64,000 bases of DNA, taken from NCBI GenBank assembly GCA_043228905.1, contig JBHGNT010000010.1, positions 18,662,001 to 18,726,000 on the forward strand, read 5' to 3'. Positions within the stretch are counted from its first letter, which is position 1. Each line of letters begins with the position of its first letter. The notes below the pieces were generated by a model. That model saw only the letters and a program-made list of their open reading frames with translations, did not search any database and was not told the origin of the DNA. Below are positions 22,255 through 33,520 of the stretch, piece after piece. The stretch is from Azolla caroliniana. Taxonomy: Eukaryota; Plantae; Polypodiophyta. A program made the translations under genes and the position numbers.

Positions 22255-25200
22255 TTAATCATAATCACACAGGCACCTACTGCCTTCAAAGATGTGAACA
22301 CAGTTGGCATCACGCACTAGAATTCGGCGCTTCTCAACCATTGATATAAGTGAGATGGTTGAGTGGCAGCTATTGCAAATCCGCATGTTCATTGTAACAC
22401 ATATAGGCATGCCTTTAGGTGTATTAATGAGAGCACATCCAATAGCCATCTTGCTGCTGTGGCCACACAAGTCCTTCCTTTTATTGTCTGAAATGGTTTG
22501 TCTATATACCCAATTTGAATGTTGGAAATGGTCTACTTGTGACAGTTTCCTATGGATCTCGTCTATCTTCGCATGTATGAGAATATTTTGAGGATGGCTC
22601 TTATCATCTTCAACAAAAGAATGCATATTTCCAAGACAATCAATCCACTGACAACATCCATATATTTTTGATGCTTTATTCTTAGCTCTCAAAACCTCAA
22701 TTCTTTCTGCCTCTGCTTGCATTCCAGCAGTTGCATATATTTGCTCCATGCAGAAATATGCAGCTGAACATGTTTCATCCAATCCCACTGATTTTTCAAA
22801 CGTCCATCTCCCGTAAGTCACATTCCTCCATTTTCTACAGGCAGCCAGCATTGTTAAAAATGGAACAATATGGCCACAATATGAAACTTTCTCAAGCAAC
22901 GCTTTTGCCTTCTCAATATGTCCAGCTCGACCAAATAAATCAATCATACACGTGTAGTGCTCTACCACCGGATTGAGATTGTTAACGATATGCATTTCAT
23001 TGAAAAATAACTGTTCACCCTCCTTCAGAAGGCCAGCATGACTGCATGCAGTCAACAGAAGAATGAACGTAACTGAATTTGGTACTATATTAGCTATCTT
23101 CATCATTGTATAGAGGTATAAGACAGCATTGGCTTGACCTAACTGGGCATATCCACCTATCAGGACATTCCAACATACAGCATCATGTACTGGAAGTTGT
23201 TCAAACACTTCTTGTGCTTTCTTCAGTGCACCACACTTAGAATACATGTCTAGCAATGTATTACCAAGAACCGCATCTTTTTGTAATAATCCTTGCTTTC
23301 CAATCTCTTCAACTATACCCTCCCCAATCTGTAGTGAACCCAGAATACTACAAGTTTTCAAGATACAAGCATAAGTTACTGCATCAGGAGAGACTCCCTT
23401 AGCTTTCATCTGTCTGAAACATTGAAAAACTTCATCATTGAACCCTTGGTGTGCATACCCAGAGATAAGGGCATTCCAAGCCACCACATTATGTGTTGGA
23501 AGCAGTTCAAATACTTCTTGTGCTTTCCTTAGTTCCCCACACTTTGAATACATGTCCACCAATGCAGTGCCGAGAACAATGTCTTTTTGCAATAGCCCAT
23601 TCCTCCTGATCTCAGAATCTATCTCTTTTCCAAGTTCTAGACACCTAACTATGCCACAGGTTTTCAAAATGCATATATAAGTCACTGCATCTGGATTTAT
23701 TCCCTCTTCTTGCATTTGTATGAAAAACTCTAACGCTTCATTACCGAGTCCATGGTGGGTATATCCAGCAATAAGGGCATTCCAAGAGACCACGTCTCGT
23801 ACTGGAAGCTGTCTAAACATGTTATATGCCTTCTGTGGTGCACCGCACTTAAAATACATGTCCACCAATGCATTACCAAGTACAATATCTTTTTTCTCAA
23901 ATCCTTGCTTTCTAATATCAGCATCTAGCTTATCTGCAATCTGTAGAGACCCTACAATGGCACAAGCTTTCACAATGCAAACATAAGTTACTATATCTGG
24001 ATGCACTCCTTCATCCTCCATTTGTCTGAAACACTTCAATGCTTCATCCCCGAGACCGTGTTGGGCATACCCAGTAATGAGAGCATTCCAAGAAACAACA
24101 TCTCGCAATGGAAGCTGTTCAAAAACGTCACGTGCTTTTTTCAACTCTCCACATTTGGAATACATGTCTACCAATGCATTGCCGAGTGCAACATCTTTTT
24201 CCAATAACCCTTGCTTTCTGACCTCTGTGTGTATGCCTACTCCAATCTCTAGAGACCTTATAGCACCACAAGCTTTCAAAATGCAAACATAAGTTACTAC
24301 ATTTGGACGTACTCGCTCATCTTTCATCTTCAGGAAACAACCCAATGCTTCATCACCTTGCCCATGTTGGATGTATCCAGCAATGAGAGCATTCCACGAC
24401 ACTGCATCTCGCATTGGAAGCTGTTGAAATACTTCTTTTGCTTTCTCCAGTGCCCCACACTTTGAATACATGTCCACTAGTGTATTTCCAATGGCAATGT
24501 CAGTTTGCAAAAGCCCTTGCTTTCTGACCTCGGCATCAATATCTTTTCCGATATCTAGAGATCCGATAATTCCACAACATTTCAAAACACATATATATGT
24601 TACAGAATCTGGACGAACACCATCATCTCGCATCTGTTGAAAGCACTTCAATGCTTCATGACCAAGTCCACAATGGGCATATCCAGCAATCAAAGCATTC
24701 CAAGTCACAACATTTTGTATCCGAAGTTGGTCGAACACTTCTCGTGCTTTCATCAGCGCACCACACTTGGCATACATGGCTACTACGGTGTTGCCAAGAA
24801 CCACATCTTTTTGCAATAGCTCTTGCTTTCTGACCTCAGCATCAATTTCTTCCCCAATCTCTAGAGATCCAACAATGCTACAAGCTTTTAAAATGCAAAT
24901 ATAAGTGACCGAATCTGGACGAATGCCAGTAATTTTCATCTGCTTCAAACATTTTGAAGCTTTGCTGGCAAGGCCATGTTGTGCATATCCAGTGATGAGA
25001 GCATTCCAAGAAACAACATCTTTTATGGGAATTTGTTCAAAAACTTCTTCGGCTTTCTCCAGCACCCCACACCTAGCATATGCAGTAACCAGGGCAGTCG
25101 CAATATAAGCATCCTTTGAAATCAAGCTTTTCTTCAGAATCTCGTTATGGATTCTCTTTGTTTGCACGAGATTCTTTGATTTTCCAGATGATTTAATGAG

Positions 25201-25763
25201 ATTCAAAAGTGTGATTCGATCAGGAAATTCTATTTTTGGAAGCTCGTGTGCCACTTCCGCATGAAAGATTAGGTTTTTTACCTTGTCTTTGACGCAAGGG
25301 GGGTTGTGGTGTGCATCTATCCATAAAGCTTTTCCTGTTTTTTTGTGTCTGAAATCAGGGGATTTGGCACTTCTCTGTCATGAAACACCATTAAAGCTTA
25401 ACATATAGCGCACAACGCAGGGGTGATGATGCATGATTGCCAGCAATCGTTTGTGATACTGGTTTGAAGTGCTGATTATGTATGATATTTTGTAGTCCTG
25501 CTGTATATGCGGTGGTGATAGCATATGATAAGGTATGGTGAGTGTATGGTGATGATGATAATGTATGATGAAATTTGGTGATGATGCATAATGATGATAG
25601 ATGATGCATAATTGTGAATTAGGGTGGTAGTGATAATGTATACTGTATGATGTAAATGTGATGATTTTGATTTGCTTACTTTGTAGTGACGATTATCCCA
25701 AAAGCTCGAAGGATCCCTCAAGAGCTCTTCCCACAGGAACTGCGTATCTTTGCATACATTCAT
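22255..25763 (-). CDS. PLS-class PPR protein with N-terminal OSB-type PDF motif and C-terminal E/DYW-like domain (~1067 aa; start uncertain)
   Basis: Exon 25763-25680 (donor AAA|GTAAGC) joins exon 25374-22255 (acceptor TGACAG|AGA) in phase 0, in frame with the 999-aa ORF. It encodes 7 P-L-S triplets, E motifs and a DYW-like tail (GHSSKMAI...NMRICNSCH...CLCDYD). Confidence 0.88.
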
Positions 25764-27134
25764 CTCCACTGTCTCCGCCTCCGTCCGTCTGTCTGTCTGT
25801 CTCTCAGATCATTCCTTGGAGAGAAATACACGGCAAGCATTTTTAATCAAGAAATCCATAGCTCGATTATATTCTTCTTCTTCTTCTTCTTCTCCTGAAG
25901 CTTTCCATTACCAACGCTCTGCTCAAAATTAGGGCCAAACGCTGTAAGCCATGCCCCTAAGGTTTTGTGATATTTACAAGACTACCCCTTTATCATTCCT
26001 TCACCACCAATACTCGGGAACTAGAGTCATGAGATTTATTACTATAAATAACTCGTAGGAGGCTATATTTTGGTAAGTTTGCGGGGGCGTTTTCAGTAAA
26101 CTGTATGCCATTCGATTCGACCCGCCAACTCATGGATAGTTAGCCTTCGATTCGATTTCCTTTTACGTTAATCGTCTTTTACTATGGTTCGAGTTTCATA
26201 AAAGCCCCCGAGGAATCGAGATTCTAATCAAGTTCCAATGCTTTGCTATATTATCTCATGATTTCCTTAAATGCCTTCAGTTATTTAATCGTATTCAACA
26301 ACATTCTTCACTTAAAGGGCAATATCGTTTCTGTTTGTTGTAATGGTGGAAAATATGTCACTGTCAAGGTTGCGAACCCATTTTTTACGTGTCATTTTGC
26401 CATTCTGCATATCATGAACATAAAACCCTTTGTTCAAGACATGGCTTAGGCTAAATTTATGAAAGGGATTTACGATGTACCCCATGTTATTAAACCCATT
26501 CTCACGTGTTACATTACACCAACATTTTAGGTTTTTGGTAAGCTATTTGTGTGGAGGTGTCCTCCTCATAGTCTAAATAAGATCCTACATATCAAGCCAC
26601 GTGATAACCATAATCATCCATAATCATCGTGACAGGTTGAACACACATAAAATGCTTATTTCACATTATGTTGTAGCACCTCATGCCTTGTTACTAAATT
26701 GCAAGCGCGAGCAAATTGTATAAATTCCACTTCTTCATCATTGATTGAGGTTTGGACCAAATTCATGGAAAGGACAAATGCAACACATCATTATTACTTG
26801 TCCCAAGCAAATTTAACAACACAATTATCAATGGATCCAATTGTTGCAATTAAAGAATTGCCCTTGATTTGTTGAGCACTATGTCTCTCCCATCAAGATG
26901 GAGAATCAACCCTTTAAAACATGACCAACGCCACTATATTGTGACAAACCTGAACTATCATTTTCTGAATCTTCATGTGAATCATTTATGCCTAGTATAC
27001 ATATAAACATAAACATAAAATTAGACTGTATTAAAAGGTGCCTTATGCAATACTATATTGAGCCAACAAGTAGACACAAAATTTACATCATTTACAAATT
27101 TAACGTACAAAACAATTAACAAAATTATTAGTTT

Positions 27135-30014
27135 TTACACCATTTCCATACAAGCTGATGCATATATACTTTCAATACAAACATATGCAGCCTCATAGTC
27201 CTCGTCCATATGTATCTTTGATTCCTCAAATGTCCATTGTGCAAGCTTCACGTTCCCCCATTTCCTACAAGCACCCAACATGGTTAAGAACAACCAAAAA
27301 TGACCACCCGAACATGACACATTTTTTAGCACTGCTTTTGCTTGATCGAAGTATCCAGCCCGACCATATAGATCAATTGTACAACTATAGTGTTCTATGG
27401 TTGGAAAGACACCATACACACTACACATTTTGATAAACAACTTTTCTCCCTCCTTCAAAAGACCTATGTGACTGCATATAGCTAGCAAAATCGTGAATGT
27501 GACCGCATCTGGAACAATATGTTCCAATGTCATTTTCCTGCATAGGTCTGAAACTAAATTAGCTTGACCTAACTGAGCATATCCACCTATGAGGGCATTC
27601 CACGAGACCAAATCACGCATTGGGAGCTGTTCGAATATCTCCCGAGCCTTCTCTGTTGCACCACATTTGGCATACATGTTTACTAATGCATTGCCAAGCA
27701 CAACTTCTTTATGCAGTAATCCTTGATTTGTAACCTCCACATATATGTTTTCCCCAGTCCCAAGAGAACCTATCATACCACAAGCTTCCGAAACGCAAGC
27801 AAACGTTATTGCATCTGGATGAATACCCTCGCCTTCCATCTCTTGGAAACATTTTAATGCTTCTTCTCCGAGCCCATGTTTGGTGTACCCAGCAATGAGG
27901 GCATTCCAAGGAACAACAGTGTTGGTCAGAACATATTTGAATACTCCTCTTGCTTTCTCTAACTCACCACATTTGGCATACATGTCCAGCAATGCTGTGC
28001 CAAGCACAGTATCCGTTTGTAATAGTCCTTGCTTTCTAACCTCGGCATCTATAAATTCTCCAACCTCTAGAGACCCTACGTTGCCACAAGCTTTTAAAAC
28101 ACAGATGTAAGTCACCACATTTGGACAGATGCCTTTATCTTGCATCTCCTTGAAGCATTTCAATGCTTCATCACCAAGCTCATGTTGCGAATAACCAGAA
28201 ATCAATGCATTCCAGGAAACTACATCACGCATTGGGATCTCTTCAAATACTTCTCGTGCTCTCTTCATTGCACCACATTTGGAATACATGTCCAACAAAG
28301 CATTTCCAATCATGATATTTTCTTGCAATAATCCACGCCTTCGGATCTTAACTTCTATATCTCTTCCTATCTCGAGAGACCCTATAATGCCACAAGCTTT
28401 TAAGATTCCAGTATAAGTTATTATGTTTGGACAAATTCCTTCATCTTCCATCATTTGGAAACATTTTAATGCTTCATCACTGAGGCCATGTTGGACATAA
28501 CCAACAATAAGAGCATTCCAAGACACAACATCCCGTACAGGAAGCTGTTCAAATGCTTCTCTTGCTTTCTCCAACACACCACACTTGGAATACATGTCCA
28601 CCAATGCGGTACCAATCACAACATCATTTTTCAGTAGTCCACGCTTCCTGACCTCAACACAAATTTCTTCCCCAAATTTTAGAGACCTTACAATGCCACA
28701 GGCTTTCAAAGCACATATATAAGTCACAGCATTTGGACAAACTCTCTTATCTAGCATCTTCTTGAAGCAGTCCAGTGCTTCATCAGCTTGCCCATGTTGG
28801 ACATAGCCAGCAATGAGCGCATTCCACAACACAACATCCTGCCCTGAAATCTGCTCAAATACTTCCCGTGCTTCTTCCAATGCACCACACTTGGCATACA
28901 TGCTTACTACAGCAGTGCTGAGAGCAACATCTTTATCCATTATCCCAAGGTCTCTAACCTCCACATGTATATCCTTCCCAATATCTACAGATTTGACAAC
29001 GCTGCAACTTCTCAAAATGCACATATACGTTATCGAATCGGGAGAAACTCCATCATCTCGCATCCGTTGAAAGCATTTCAATGCTTCATGACCAAGCTCA
29101 TGCTCGACATATCCATTGATGATGGCATTCCACGACACGACATCACGTACTGGAAGCAGATCAAATACTTCTTGCGCTTTCTCCAACACACCACACTTGG
29201 AATACATGTTTACCAATGTGTTCCCAAGCCCAACATCTTTCTTCAATAATCCTTGTTTTCTAACTCTAGCATCTATAACTTCTCCGATCTCCAGAGCTCC
29301 TGTAATGCCACAAGCTTTCAAAATACAAACATAGGTTACTATGTCAGGCATGACTCTAGCAGTTTCCATCCTTCTAAAGCAAATTAATGCTTCATCCCCG
29401 AGCCCATGCTGGACATATCCAGAAATCAAAGCATTCCACGTTACAACATTATGAATAGGAATGAGATCAAACACTTCTTGAGCTTTATCAAAAGCACCAC
29501 ATTTTGAATACATTGCAACCAGCGTATTACCAAGCAGCACATTCTTCTCCAGTAAACCTTGCTTCCTAACCTCACGATCAATATATTCCCCAACATCCAA
29601 AGACCCATTAATGCCACAAGCTTTTAAGATGCAGATATAAGTGACTGAATCGGGGAAGATTTCAGAATCCTCCATAAGCATCAAGCACTTCAATACATTG
29701 TCATGGTGGCCATGTTGGGCATATCCAGAAATCAAGGCCGTCCACGTAACAACGTTTGGAATAGGGATCTTCTCAAACACTGCCTGTGCTTCTTGAAGGG
29801 CACCACACTTTGTGTAGGTTGTAATCAAGGCTGATGCAATATAAATATCTTCAAAGATCAACCCCTTCTCAAGGACGAATCCATGTAGCCTTCTGGCTTG
29901 ACAAAGATTCTTCTCTTTGCCACAAGACTTTATCAGATTCAAAAGCTTCACTTGATCATGGTGGCACAGTAGCTTACCTTCGGGGGATGCAATCATGTCA
30001 GGCGTGGGTTTCAT
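27135..30014 (-). CDS. PLS-class PPR protein (959 aa) ending within the E region, no DYW; tandem paralogue of the adjacent gene
   Basis: 8 P-L-S triplets with the same LLNLIKSxGKxKNL N-terminus and KQGLLxKD L-motif ends as the neighbour. It ends ...AYVCIESIYASACMEMV*. Confidence 0.92.
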   Translation of the reverse strand: MKPTPDMIASPEGKLLCHHDQVKLLNLIKSCGKEKNLCQARRLHGFVLEKGLIFEDIYIASALITTYTKCGALQEAQAVFEKIPIPNVVTWTALISGYAQHGHHDNVLKCLMLMEDSEIFPDSVTYICILKACGINGSLDVGEYIDREVRKQGLLEKNVLLGNTLVAMYSKCGAFDKAQEVFDLIPIHNVVTWNALISGYVQHGLGDEALICFRRMETARVMPDIVTYVCILKACGITGALEIGEVIDARVRKQGLLKKDVGLGNTLVNMYSKCGVLEKAQEVFDLLPVRDVVSWNAIINGYVEHELGHEALKCFQRMRDDGVSPDSITYMCILRSCSVVKSVDIGKDIHVEVRDLGIMDKDVALSTAVVSMYAKCGALEEAREVFEQISGQDVVLWNALIAGYVQHGQADEALDCFKKMLDKRVCPNAVTYICALKACGIVRSLKFGEEICVEVRKRGLLKNDVVIGTALVDMYSKCGVLEKAREAFEQLPVRDVVSWNALIVGYVQHGLSDEALKCFQMMEDEGICPNIITYTGILKACGIIGSLEIGRDIEVKIRRRGLLQENIMIGNALLDMYSKCGAMKRAREVFEEIPMRDVVSWNALISGYSQHELGDEALKCFKEMQDKGICPNVVTYICVLKACGNVGSLEVGEFIDAEVRKQGLLQTDTVLGTALLDMYAKCGELEKARGVFKYVLTNTVVPWNALIAGYTKHGLGEEALKCFQEMEGEGIHPDAITFACVSEACGMIGSLGTGENIYVEVTNQGLLHKEVVLGNALVNMYAKCGATEKAREIFEQLPMRDLVSWNALIGGYAQLGQANLVSDLCRKMTLEHIVPDAVTFTILLAICSHIGLLKEGEKLFIKMCSVYGVFPTIEHYSCTIDLYGRAGYFDQAKAVLKNVSCSGGHFWLFLTMLGACRKWGNVKLAQWTFEESKIHMDEDYEAAYVCIESIYASACMEMV

Positions 30015-33000
30015 TAACTGTGTCTCTTCTCATCACAGACCACAGAATGCGCGTCAATTCTGACCGCACTGTGTGGACCTACACCACTTACATCCTCTGA
30101 GAAGCACAAAATTACAAGATTGTGAGCAACTGAGCTTCACAGATATATCATTTGAATCCATTTGAAACAACTGTGCGAAACGAAGGGGTAACTAGTCTCA
30201 ACGTCAGATAGCAGGAATCTGATCATTTCAAACAAATTTATATTTCGGCGACTGATCTCCCCATGTCTCAGTAATACGAAGTAAGCGTATTTGTAGGCCC
30301 TTCACAGGATTAGTTTTATAAATCCCACAAGTTTTTACCAATTTACTGCTAAATGCTCATAAAATAATCTACAATACAATTCACAGTTTGGAAAAAGCGT
30401 TTAAAACTGAACCACATAAATTTACCAAAGATAAGATATTGGGAAAAAAAGTGAAACAGTTTCAGCAGTTTACACCATATTCGGTTGGATTCGCAAAACC
30501 ATCTTGGACTCTGCAATTGGAACTTTTACCCTACATATGTACAATAATTCCAAGCCTACTAAAGCTAAGAATCTGCCTCTTCTTTGATACACATTATTGC
30601 AGTTCTAATAAACACTAATCATTGGACACATTAACCACCTCAAATGACAGCATTTATTTGCTATTCTAAACTACCATTGGAAAAACAAGACACTTAATAG
30701 AGTTCAATCCACTCAATGACACCATGTCTTCCCCGTGATTTCCGTTAAATCTCTGGTATTAGCTACATTTTTAAAATAACTGCATTCATGATCCGGGGAA
30801 TTAACTCATTTTTTGATGGTAAGTAGAATTACATTCTTGAGTTGTTGATTGACAGTTACAATTAGGAAAATTTTTCTTCTCTACTCGACTTCATCTACAT
30901 TAAATTGTGGATGCCACATTTCTTTGCACGTGATAACATAAACAGATAAAATCCAAAACAGGATCATGAAAATGATTAAAATCCTATAATGTATTCCAAG
31001 GATTAAAATTCAAAGGATTAAACTATGAATAACGGTTTACTGGAGCCATAAAGCATCAATGGTTATGAAGATAAGGGTGTTTTCCAGGAGGAATTAAAGG
31101 TAAATGTTTGAACAATAAACATTCTTTTATATCTATTTGAAAGGTATATATAGAACCACAATCCCTTCAATTTTATGAACATATTCAGGGATCGCCAACA
31201 GCACAGCTCAAACGTAAAAGTTTTGGGTGACACATGATACGATTGGACTTGGGCCCTAGCTAACGTTATAAGCTCGGCTTAGCTTCAGGGTTGCCCTAAC
31301 CATATCTAATTTCTCAACATTTCAACCCAAATCTGGTTTTAGCCTTCGCACACCGTAAACACCTTGCAACACAATTCATTTCGTGGTGTTTTATATATTC
31401 TCTTTACCCACAGCGTTAACGAATACGATGAAAACACCCGCCATTTCTACAAAACCTTCAATACAAAATCTAACTTTCATACATTCTAATTCGATTCCTT
31501 TTATCTTCGACTTTGTATATTGTTCTCATACAAACTAAATGCCTGTGTCATGCCCCTACTTTCCCATGTGTTAATAACAATGAAATTCCTCAGAATGTAA
31601 CAATATACAAAGAGCTTCTGAAATCGTAAAGTGCTCTTTTATATTATCATGTTGATGTCCTTCTGGGCCAGTAAAAAGTGTACGACAATTTGGCGGAATG
31701 AGAGGGTTTTTCTATTTCACTAGCAATTCAAGGTCCATTACTTCATAGCTAAACAACAATACAACATACTTCCAGCTCTTCTTGCATATACAGTTACATT
31801 CGTCACATATTATCATTTACTCTACCACGTTTACAGGAAGCAAATCGACAAATGTTTATGCAGAACACCTTGGTCCAGAGTTTCCAAAACTTTCAAAAGT
31901 TGAATTAGAGATGAAGAATTCAGGATTAAAAGAATAACTGCCTCAAAATCAATACGGACTCTAACCAAGAACATTCATAATATAATAACATAACCAGTGC
32001 TAAAAATATGGGTATGTGCATCCTTTGGAACTCTTACATTTACCAACATGGAAATGTTAGTTGTAATCTTATGTAACATAAATAATGCGATACAGGTTCC
32101 TCGCCCACCTTCACCACTCTTACGTCCAACTGAATCCATAAGTCAGTTAATAGCACTGTGGTTTTGATTCAAGCTGATTCAAAGATCCTCTCACTTTGGT
32201 TTGGTTGACTTCCATTCTGAATGAATGGAAATATACAATCGTTTCCGACCAGCTACATTAACGAGTACAGGAATGCGGATTACAGTGCCCGATTACGTAT
32301 ATACAATGGTCTTCTACTAATTAAATTAATAGATACTGGAGTGCGAAATACAGAAGCCAGAGTCCGTCTATTTAGTCGTCTCCCTCTAACTAGATTCATG
32401 TGTACTGCAATGCAAATTCAGGAGATTTTTTCTTCTTCATAACAAACATCACCAAGGAAGTGTCCAGTTAGACACAAAAAAAGAACGATTCGCAGCCAGA
32501 ATCAGAGTCCCAACACTGACACCAAGGCGAACGAAACAAACCATTTCTAGGTCATCCTGTACAAGTCGGTTACACTAGTCCTAAATGTCTCACATGTAGA
32601 ATGTCGACTGTTTGTGATTCTCGATTGAAGTCTATACCCTCGATTCAACATTACACCGAACTTTCAGACAAGATCAAAAGTACGCACTACGCATTGTTAT
32701 AGTCCTCACAATCGGCATTAATGTGCGAATTCTACGGATGTCAATTAGTGCTAATTCGGAAGACGAAAACAATACACCGGCATCTATATCAAGCACAGAT
32801 ATTTTCTTGAAGGTGATAAAGATTTGAGATAGCCGATCGGTAATTTTAAATGCTGTAGATAGAAGAGATAAGCCTGTACGAAAAGCATCGCTAGAACATG
32901 CATTTCACCACATTTGGACATCGTCTGGAAGCAATCGATCATTCGGAACTACCTATAAGAAAACTTAGCTACAGATAAACCTAATATCGCAGTTCGAAGA

Positions 33001-33414
33001 AGAACTCCACAAGCGAAATAAAAAACCACGTTCGCACCTAGGGCAGCCCTACACTAACTCGGAGGTAAAAGTTCAGCAATTTCTTGAATACCAAAAGGCT
33101 CCCATTAAGCAGGAAAGGAGAATCAACCAATACAGAAAAAGAGAGCAGGTTAAAAGAACTGTAGCAAAGTGTTCGAGGATTCGTGCAGATGAGATTAGAC
33201 TACACGATCACGGAGGCCTCGCTCAAAACCGAGTTGTCGATCTGTCCCAGACATCAACGCGTAGAAGCCATGGCATCATCCTTACTCTCTCTCTCGTCCG
33301 GAGACAGGAGAGGGGTAAAGAAGAAAGCTACTACGATCTGCCATAGCCGGGCCTTCATTCAACTGCAGAAGAACTCATTGGGTCTGCATTTATGCTGCTG
33401 CTGCAGGAGGTAAA

Positions 33415-33520
33415 CGGAAACCCTAAAAACCAGAGCGCTTTCACATTTGTCCGCCTCCTCCTTCACATTTGTCCGGCCAATATTGACCCCATCGGACCTA
33501 ACTAAGCCCTAAAGCCCAAT
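33415..33520 (-). promoter_or_regulatory. Putative promoter/TSS region (telo-box plus site-II-like motif), possibly for the PPR gene at 27135-30014 via a long 5'UTR intron
   Basis: AAACCCTAA at ~33418-33426 and AAGCCCAAT at ~33511-33519. An acceptor TCTCAG| lies at 30097/30096 upstream of the PPR ATG. Confidence 0.4.

Noticed and set aside
30100-33300. snoRNA or other ncRNA in the putative long 5' intron (e.g. hairpin ~31250-31300)
   Set aside because: I could not identify complete C/D or H/ACA box sets or an rRNA-complementary guide.
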